DNA of 54,727 bases from contig JAUCBJ010005064.1 in the NCBI GenBank assembly GCA_032718475.1, forward strand, positions 1-54,727, given 5' to 3'. The notes under the pieces were generated by a model, which was given only the letters and a program-made list of their open reading frames with translations, was not told where the DNA came from and did no database searches. Shown piece by piece: positions 45,501 to 54,727 of the stretch. Source of the DNA: Nemertoderma westbladi. Its lineage: Eukaryota; Animalia; Xenacoelomorpha. The translations under genes were made by a program, and so were the position numbers. The stretch's first letter is position 1; each line of letters begins with the position of its first letter.

Positions 45501-48500
45501 CGTCCTTCGGTATACAAGATGTCTGCCCACGTAATCCCCCCTCGCACTCTGCCAGTCCCGTGTGCGTGTGCAATACGCCTCCTTCTACATTCCTGGCTCC
45601 TTTGTTACGTTTACTCATGGGCTTCACTGCCCCTGGTCTAATCCTCTCACATCCTCTTCCTTTCCATCTTGTCTTCTTACTCGACTTCCCCCTTTTCGGT
45701 ATCCCTCTCAATCGGACCGGCGTCTCCTCCGGATACTCCACCGGACACTACTCCAGGCTGTCCCCCGGACACCTCGCCGTCCACTCCTCCTTACCCTCAC
45801 ACCGATACTTGCCAGGAACATCCTTGTTCCATCCCATCGCCTCTAGGTCTTCTGCATCCAAGCCATTCTCCTCTGCCCACTCTCTTGGCGTTGCTTCCAC
45901 TTCTGGCTGTCTCCCCCTATCGCTCGTCTCTGGTTTCTCCTCTACCTCCTCAACAGTCCCTGGCACCATGCACCCTGAAGTCTCGGATACACTGAATGGT
46001 ATATTGGTTTTGATTGGGCCGCTCAGTGTCCACCCGAATGGTGTTAAAATTGCCACCGGGTCACACTGTCTGTCTTCGCCAAAGACCGTCTGCATTCTCT
46101 CGTGGGCCGTCGGGCAGTCCATTCCAACTATAATGGATACCTTCCTAACGTCCACCTCTGGTATTGAGAAGTCGATATTGTCCAGGAATCTATATTGTTA
46201 GACCTCGATGTTGGTTGGTCGCCTGGCGTTGATATTTATCGATTCTATCACCTGGATGGGGTCGATGGTCGCCCCATAGTCGCATCCCGGTGCTATCGCT
46301 GCTATCCCGCACCGTCCAGTCCTTATCTCCAGGACCTCATCTATGCTGGAGATGGTTGTTACCGCCATTCTACTTGGCCTCGTCTTCAATCCTATCTCTT
46401 CGGCCACCCAATTCTCGACCAATGTGAAGGCTGCTCCACTGTCGACCAGCATCAGCGTGGTTACTGATCGATCGCCTTCTCCGATCACTAGGTACTACCC
46501 CGAGTAGTACCGTTCCTCTCTTCTTCGCCCCTACGGTGCTTGTCGCCATTGTCTGTCCTTTGCCTTGACCGAACTTAATTGGTGTTTCCTTGCATTGGTT
46601 AGCTCTATGTCCACCCGTCACACATCGAGGACAGACTTCGTTCCTCCTCGCGTATTCTATCTGATCTTCTCTGGGTAGTGCTTGCCAATATCTGCAGTTC
46701 ATGGTCTGATAAAGTGTGTTCGTGTGTAATTGGCATTTGTTGTTTGGGTTATAGCCATCCTTATATAGTGCGCTGCGTATCGCACTCGCGTTCGTACCTA
46801 GATCTCTACTATTCTTATTGTTTGGGTTCAGCCTACTGGGCGTGTTGGGGTTATGTTTATTTTTTGTGTTGTTATTTTTCCCCTGTCCGCTCCATGGTGT
46901 AGCCCTACCCCCGGCTACATGTGGACTAGCAGTCCCCTGCGTCGTCGCGTATGGCAGCGATTGTCTGAGCTTTGGCAATGCGTTCGCCGTGCTGTGTTCT
47001 GGTTTCGGCCTGTTGTATTCGGTCTTTGGCCCCTTCCCCAGACTATCCTCACTATAGACTGGATCTGTGATCAATTCGGCTTCGTAGTTGAGGAAGCTCG
47101 ACATTTCTTCTAGGCCCGGTTCCGCACCCTTCTTCTCTCGGGTGGAGAAAGCAATTTTTCTCACTAACTAACTCCACTAACTCTTACTAATGGTACTACA
47201 TACCCTCTTACTACTCTTACTAACTTCTATCTGCCTACTTACTTACTACGTACCTACTGTGTACTATTACTTTCCTTTCTCATACTTTCTTTCTCTATTA
47301 TTCTTATTATTTTATTTTTTTTATATTTTGTGTGGGAAGGGCGTCTCGCCGCCCTCAATCCCACCCCCCTCAGTCCAACACTTGGACGACTAAACACTAA
47401 GGTGCGCCCTCTAGTAGGCCATACTTCCTAACGCACTTCTGCGCATCCAACTCTTCCATCTTCGCCCCCCCTTCAGTCCAACTTATTGGACGACTCAGCG
47501 ACCTAAGGGTGATTCTTCCAGCAGGCAACACTCCCACTGCCCCCTGTAGGTCCTCTAATTCTCTGCCCCATTCTCCTTGTCAATTCCAGGTCCCTTGGAA
47601 TTGACCTTCCCTTCTCTCCTGTCTTTAAATTTGGTAAGTGCTGCCTGTCTGTATTACTGATCTCCTCGTGGTCATCCCCTGGCGGCAAAGTGCCACCCTT
47701 CAACTTGTCATTTGGCGGTATAATGCCGCCCCTGTTGTCATTCTTACTCTTACATGCTACCTCTGCTGGCCTCCCCCTTAATATGTGCACTGGCATTAAA
47801 GGCCTCGATGACCCCCGTTCGTCCTTCGGTATACAAGATGTCTGCCCACGTAATCCCCCCTCGCACTCTGCCAGTCCCGTGTGCGTGTGCAATACGCCTC
47901 CTTCTACTTTCCTGGCTCCTTTGTTACGTTTACTCATGGGCTTCACTGCCCCTGGTCTAATCCTCTCACATCCTCTTCCTTTCCATCTTGTCTTCTTACT
48001 CGACTTCCCCCTTTTCGGTATCCCTCTCAATCGGACCGGCGTCTCCTCCGGATACTCCACCGGACACTACTCCGGGCTGTCCCCCGGACACCTCGCCGTC
48101 CACTCCTCCTTACCCTCACACCGATACTTGCCAGGAACATCCTTGTTCCATCCCATCGCCTCTAGGTCTTTTGCATCCAAGCCATTCTCCTCTGCCCACT
48201 CTCTTGGCGTTGCTTCCACTTCTAGCTGTCTCCCCCTATCGCTCGTCTCTGGTTTCTCCTCTACCTCCTCAACAGTCCCTGGCACCATGCACCCTGAAGT
48301 CTCGGATACACTGAATGGTATATTGGTTTTGATTGGGCCGCTCAGTGTCCACGCGAATGGTGTTAAAATTGCCACCGGGTCACACTGTCTGTCTTCGCCA
48401 AAGACCGTCTGCATTCTCTCGTGGGCCGTCGGGCAGTCCATTCCTACTATAATGGATACCTTCCTAACGTCCACCTCTGGTGTTGAGAAGTCGATATTGT

Positions 48501-49480
48501 CCAGGAATCTATATTGTTCGACCTCGATGTTGGTTGGTCGCCTGGCGTTGATATTTATCGATTCTATCACCTGGATGGGGTCGATGGTCGCCCCATAGTC
48601 GCATCCCGGTGCTATCGCTGCTATCCCGCACCGTCCAGTCCTTATCTCCAGGACCTCATCTATGCTGGAGATGGTTGTTACCGCCATTCTACTTGGCCTC
48701 GTCTTCAATCCTATCTCTTCGGCCACCCAAATCTCGACCAATGTGAAGGCTGCTCCACTGTCGACCAGCATCAGCGTGGTTACTGATCGATCGCCTTCTC
48801 CGATCACTAGGTACTACCCCGAGTAGTACCGTTCCTCTCTTCTTCGCCCCTATTGTGCTTGTCGCCATTGTCTGTCCTTTGCCTTGACCGAACTTAATTG
48901 GTGTTTCCTTGCATTGGTTAGCTCTATGTCCACCCGTCACACATCGAGGACAGACTTCGTTCCTCCTCGCGTATTCTATCTGATCTTCTCTGGGTAGTGC
49001 TTGCCAATATCTGCAGTTCATGGTCTGATAAAGTGTGTTCGTGTGAAATTGGCATTTGTTGTTTGGGTTATAGCCATCCTTATATAGTGCGCTGCGTATC
49101 GCACTCGCATTCGTACCTAGATCTCTACTATTCTTATTGTTTGGGTTCAGCCTACTGGGCGTGTTGGGGTTATGTTTATTTTTTGTGTTGTTATTTTCCC
49201 CTGTCCGCTCCATGGTGTAGCCCTACCCCCGGCTACATGTGGACTAGCAGTCCCCTGTGTCGTCGCGTATGGCAGCGATTGTCTGAGCTTTGGCAGTGCG
49301 TTCGCCGTGCTGTGTTCTGGTTTCGGCCTGTTGTATTCGGTCTTTGGCCCCTTCCCCAGACTATCCTCACTATAGACTGGATCTGTGATCAATTCGGCTT
49401 CGTAGTTGAGGAAGCTCGACATTTCTTCTAGGCCCGGTTCCGCACCCTTCTTCTCTCGGGTGGAGAAAGCAATTTTTCTC
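42521..49480. repeat. Three tandem copies of a 2319-bp segment (gag C-terminus, protease, integrase vestige)
   Basis: Equivalent ORFs at 42552, 44871 and 47190; junctions at about 44840 and 47159 with TCTC microhomology. Confidence 0.95.
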
Positions 49481-50540
49481 CACTTGTTGCGCAGCCAGAT
49501 CGGCAGTGCCTGCGCTATCGTGGTGATGTTATTAGATGCGTTGAGTTCGTATGGCGCGTCTAGCGTTTTCAACTCGATTAGCGCCTTCTCGACTTTGTTT
49601 GCAAACGTCTTTATGCTAACGGGGTTATCCTGTAGGCCACCCGATGTTATACCTCTCAGGGTTTGCCGGATGATCTTGGCCGGGTGCCCGTACTCCCTGT
49701 TTAGCGCCCGTCATGCTGTCGTGAAGCCACCCTCGATGCCCTGGTACTGCCTCACGATGTTGTGGCCTCCTGTATACACCTGTAGATATTTTAGGCACTC
49801 CGCCTGCATCAGGTTCTTTGTCAATATTTAATTGCTGTACATGCGCCGAAATTGCAGGTATTCTTCCGGCCTACTTCCATCGAATTTAAATGGTTCTACA
49901 GGTGGTAGCTCGATTTTGGTCTTCAATGCATCGATTAATGTAGCCATTCCCACCGCCTGTGCTTCCAATGGGTTCGATGGATGCTGTACAGATTCTCCCA
50001 TTGGGTGCAGTCTGCCCGTCCTGTCTGTTGCCCTCCTTTGCATCGGATATATTATTGGGGGTAACGGCCCCCTCCATATTTCCGTGTCGCAGGATCTGTT
50101 CTCGTCCAGGGGGTTCGATGTTCTTATTCCTGTTTGAGTATATTGTTGATATTGTGATGGGGGAATGTCACCCTGCCCCCCCCTCCCCCCCACCGGTATA
50201 TTTGGTACTGGGGTTGATGTTAATATATTGGGGCCCATACACCTATCCGCAATAACTCTCCCCTCCCCTGGATATATGTTATGTCCCTGCATGCTATAGT
50301 CATACTGTTGTGCTGGTACCGGTATAGGCCTATACACTTCTGGCCTACCTACCGGTATGTACTCCGCGAATTCTGGGTTTAATCCCGTCATCCGCGCTGC
50401 CCTATCGCCTACATTATCTCTCCCAGCATGGCCTATAGTATGTGCAGTAAGGCCTAAAGTAGATCCTGCAGTCTATATGTGTCCCTCCGGACCGAAGTTT
50501 AACCTTCTCGAATAATCCAAGAAGTCTTCCCCGCTGCTGG
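47420..50540 (-). pseudogene. gag: Element C gag-protease with vestigial integrase tail (longest copy)
   Basis: LPPVEPFKFDGSRPEEYLQF, REYGHP, QALPIWLRNKW, CPRCVTGGHRANQC, MLVDSGAAFTLV, IIVGMD, AILTPFAWTLSGP, then SSRPLMPVHILRG and GEDGRV; no RT or RNase H motifs. Confidence 0.85.
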
Positions 50541-51694
50541 TGGTCGCCCCATAGTCGCATCCCGGTGCTATCGCTGCTATCCCGCACCGTCCAGTCCTTA
50601 TCTCCAGGACCTCATCTATGCTGGAGATGGTTGTTACCGCCATTCTACTTGGCCTCGTCTTCAATCCTATCTCTTCGGCCACCCAATTCTCGACCAATGT
50701 GAAGGCTGCTCCACTGTCGACCAGCATCAGCGTGGTTACTGATCGATCGCCTTCTCCGATCACTAGGTACTACCCCGAGTAGTACCGTTCCTCTCTTCTT
50801 CGCCCCTACGGTGCTTGTCGCCATTGTCTGTCCTTTGCCTTGACCGAACTTAATTGGTGTTTCCTTGCATTGGTTAGCTCTATGTCCACCCGTCACACAT
50901 CGAGGACAGACTTCGTTCCTCCTCGCGTATTCTATCTGATCTTCTCTGGGTAGTGCTTGCCAATATCTGCAGTTCATGGTCTGATAAAGTGTGTTCGTGT
51001 GTAATTGGCATTTGTTGTTTGGGTTATAGCCATCCTTATATAGTGCGCTGCGTATCGCACTCGCGTTCGTACCTAGATCTCTACTATTCTTATTGTTTGG
51101 GTTCAGCCTACTGGGCGTGTTGGGGTTATGTTTATTTTTTGTGTTGTTATTTTTCCCCTGTCCGCTCCATGGTGTAGCCCTACCCCCGGCTACATGTGGA
51201 CTAGCAGTCCCCTGCGTCGTCGCGTATGGCAGCGATTGTCTGAGCTTTGGCAATGCGTTCGCCGTGCTGTGTTCTGGTTTCGGCCTGTTGTATTCGGTCT
51301 TTGGCCCCTTCCCCAGACTATCCTCACTATAGACTGGATCTGTGATCAATTCGGCTTCGTAGTTGAGGAAGCTCGACATTTCTTCTAGGCCCGGTTCCGC
51401 ACCCTTCTTCTCTCGGGTGGAGAAAGCAATTTTTCTCACTAACTAACTCCACTAACTCTTACTAATGGTACTACATACCCTCTTACTACTCTTACTAACT
51501 TCTATCTGCCTACTTACTTACTACGTACCTACTGTGTACTATTACTTTCCTTTCTCATACTTTCTTTCTCTATTATTTTTATTATTTTATTTTTTTTATA
51601 TTTTGTGTGGGAAGGGCGTCTCGCCGCCCTCAATCCCACCCCCCTCAGTCCAACACTTGGACGACTAAACACTAAGGTGCGCCCTCTAGTAGGC

Positions 51695-54600
51695 CATACT
51701 TCCTAACGCACTTCTGCGGATCCAACTCTTCCATCTTCGCCCCCCCTTCAGTCCAACTTATTGGACGACTCAGCGACCTAAGGGTGATTCTTCCAGCAGG
51801 CAACACTCCCACTGCCCCCTGTAGGTCCTCTAATTCTCTGCCCCATTCTCCTTGTCAATTCCAGGTCCCTTGGAATTGACCTTCCCTTCTCTCCTGTCTT
51901 TAAATTTGGTAAGTGCTGCCTGTCTGTATTACTGATCTCCTCGTGGTCATCCCCTGGCGGCAAAGTGCCACCCTTCAACTTGTCATTTGGCGGTATAATG
52001 CCGCCCCTGTTGTCATTCTTACTCTTACATGCTACCTCTGCTGGCCTCCCCCTTAATATGTGCACTGGCATTAAAGGCCTCGATGACCCCCGTTCGTCCT
52101 TCGGTATACAAGATGTCTGCCCACGTAATCCCCCCTCGCACTCTGCCAGTCCCGTGTGCGTGTGCAATACGCCTCCTTCTACTTTCCTGGCTCCTTTGTT
52201 ACGTTTACTCATGGGCTTCACTGCCCCTGGTCTAATCCTCTCACATCCTCTTCCTTTCCATCTTGTCTTCTTACTCGACTTCCCCCTTTTCGGTATCCCT
52301 CTCAATCGGACCGGCGTCTCCTCCGGATACTCCACCGGACACTACTCCGGGCTGTCCCCCGGACACCTCGCCGTCCACTCCTCCTTACCCTCACACCGAT
52401 ACTTGCCAGGAACATCCTTGTTCCATCCCATCGCCTCTAGGTCTTTTGCATCCAAGCCATTCTCCTCTGCCCACTCTCTTGGCGTTGCTTCCACTTCTAG
52501 CTGTCTCCCCCTATCGCTCGTCTCTGGTTTCTCCTCTACCTCCTCAACAGTCCCTGGCACCATGCACCCTGAAGTCTCGGATACACTGAATGGTATATTG
52601 GTTTTGATTGGGCCGCTCAGTGTCCACGCGAATGGTGTTAAAATTGCCACCGGGTCACACTGTCTGTCTTCGCCAAAGACCGTCTGCATTCTCTCGTGGG
52701 CCGTCGGGCAGTCCATTCCTACTATAATGGATACCTTCCTAACGTCCACCTCTGGTGTTGAGAAGTCGATATTGTCCAGGAATCTATATTGTTCGACCTC
52801 GATGTTGGTTGGTCGCCTGGCGTTGATATTTATCGATTCTATCACCTGGATGGGGTCGATGGTCGCCCCATAGTCGCATCCCGGTGCTATCGCTGCTATC
52901 CCGCACCGTCCAGTCCTTATCTCCAGGACCTCATCTATGCTGGAGATGGTTGTTACCGCCATTCTACTTGGCCTCGTCTTCAATCCTATCTCTTCGGCCA
53001 CCCAAATCTCGACCAATGTGAAGGCTGCTCCACTGTCGACCAGCATCAGCGTGGTTACTGATCGATCGCCTTCTCCGATCACTAGGTACTACCCCGAGTA
53101 GTACCGTTCCTCTCTTCTTCGCCCCTATTGTGCTTGTCGCCATTGTCTGTCCTTTGCCTTGACCGAACTTAATTGGTGTTTCCTTGCATTGGTTAGCTCT
53201 ATGTCCACCCGTCACACATCGAGGACAGACTTCGTTCCTCCTCGCGTATTCTATCTGATCTTCTCTGGGTAGTGCTTGCCAATATCTGCAGTTCATGGTC
53301 TGATAAAGTGTGTTCGTGTGAAATTGGCATTTGTTGTTTGGGTTATAGCCATCCTTATATAGTGCGCTGCGTATCGCACTCGCATTCGTACCTAGATCTC
53401 TACTATTCTTATTGTTTGGGTTCAGCCTACTGGGCGTGTTGGGGTTATGTTTATTTTTTGTGTTGTTATTTTCCCCTGTCCGCTCCATGGTGTAGCCCTA
53501 CCCCCGGCTACATGTGGACTAGCAGTCCCCTGTGTCGTCGCGTATGGCAGCGATTGTCTGAGCTTTGGCAGTGCGTTCGCCGTGCTGTGTTCTGGTTTCG
53601 GCCTGTTGTATTCGGTCTTTGGCCCCTTCCCCAGACTATCCTCACTATAGACTGGATCTGTGATCAATTCGGCTTCGTAGTTGAGGAAGCTCGACATTTC
53701 TTCTAGGCCCGGTTCCGCACCCTTCTTCTCTCGGGTGGAGAAAGCAATTTTTCTCCACTTGTTGCGCAGCCAGATCGGCAGTGCCTGCGCTATCGTGGTG
53801 ATGTTATTAGATGCGTTGAGTTCGTATGGCGCGTCTAGCGTTTTCAACTCGATTAGCGCCTTCTCGACTTTGTTTGCAAACGTCTTTATGCTAACGGGGT
53901 TATCCTGTAGGCCACCCGATGTTATACCTCTCAGGGTTTGCCGGATGATCTTGGCCGGGTGCCCGTACTCCCTGTTTAGCGCCCGTCATGCTGTCGTGAA
54001 GCCACCCTCGATGCCCTGGTACTGCCTCACGATGTTGTGGCCTCCTGTATACACCTGTAGATATTTTAGGCACTCCGCCTGCATCAGGTTCTTTGTCAAT
54101 ATTTAATTGCTGTACATGCGCCGAAATTGCAGGTATTCTTCCGGCCTACTTCCATCGAATTTAAATGGTTCTACAGGTGGTAGCTCGATTTTGGTCTTCA
54201 ATGCATCGATTAATGTAGCCATTCCCACCGCCTGTGCTTCCAATGGGTTCGATGGATGCTGTACAGATTCTCCCATTGGGTGCAGTCTGCCCGTCCTGTC
54301 TGTTGCCCTCCTTTGCATCGGATATATTATTGGGGGTAACGGCCCCCTCCATATTTCCGTGTCGCAGGATCTGTTCTCGTCCAGGGGGTTCGATGTTCTT
54401 ATTCCTGTTTGAGTATATTGTTGATATTGTGATGGGGGAATGTCACCCTGCCCCCCCCTCCCCCCCACCGGTATATTTGGTACTGGGGTTGATGTTAATA
54501 TATTGGGGCCCATACACCTATCCGCAATAACTCTCCCCTCCCCTGGATATATGTTATGTCCCTGCATGCTATAGTCATACTGTTGTGCTGGTACCGGTAT

Positions 54601-54727
54601 AGGCCTATACACTTCTGGCCTACCTACCGGTATGTACTCCGCGAATTCTGGGTTTAATCCCGTCATCCGCGCTGCCCTATCGCCTACATTATCTCTCCCA
54701 GCATGGCCTATAGTATGTGCAGTAAGG
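51695..54727 (-). pseudogene. gag: Duplicate copy of element C gag-protease region
   Basis: Near-identical to 47420-50452 at offset 4275. Confidence 0.85.

Larger units (their letters stand above)
38473..54727 (-). mobile_element. BEL/Pao-derived element C: RT-less, carries ORF3, internally tandem-amplified, 5' end outside window
   Basis: Pao-type gag and protease, vestigial integrase tail, ORF3 homologous to that of B, PPT and LTR start at 39186-39176. Confidence 0.82.
46266..54727. repeat. Tandem duplication with 4275-bp period (46266-50540 and 50541 to window end)
   Basis: ORFs repeat with offset 4275 (47190/51465, 48067/52342, 49828/54103); novel junction at 50540/50541. Confidence 0.95.

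Noticed and set aside
43052-52873. Repeated plus-strand 276-302 aa ORFs and other antisense ORFs
   Set aside because: Shadow frames of the purine-rich minus-strand gag-protease region; their recurrence is due to the tandem duplication.

Overview
Eukaryotic (probably invertebrate animal) transposon pile-up with no host genes, apparently five layers deep. (1) A decayed BEL/Pao LTR retrotransposon A (+; gag-pol 1-6338, integrase tail 29084-29727, 3' LTR about 29744-30392) is split inside its integrase by (2) a young, about 22.7-kb BEL/Pao element B (6339-29078; 2.28-kb LTRs, GAGCG target-site duplication). B is interrupted by (3) an RTE-clade LINE (19914-23658, 11-bp TSD) that appears to carry a twin-priming inversion. 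A seems to sit just downstream of the protein-primed polymerase of (4) a Polinton/Maverick (to 38472, AGTAGTAGT terminus; pPolB, membrane-anchored pseudo-dUTPase, PC4-like protein, acidic protein). The Polinton abuts the 3' LTR of (5) a minus-strand BEL/Pao element C that lacks RT/RNase H and is locally tandem-amplified (2319-bp and 4275-bp units). Main result: the divergent elements B and C both carry, in the env position, a homologous large accessory ORF made of a WRN/Mut-7-like DEDDy 3'-5' exonuclease plus three tandem zinc knuckles. B also has a 16-20-bp palindrome (CAAACCYGYGGGTTTG) dispersed at least seven times through coding and non-coding sequence, and a non-canonical primer-binding site that may pair with a tRNA-Val 5' half. 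All domain calls are by-eye motif recognition, not database results.
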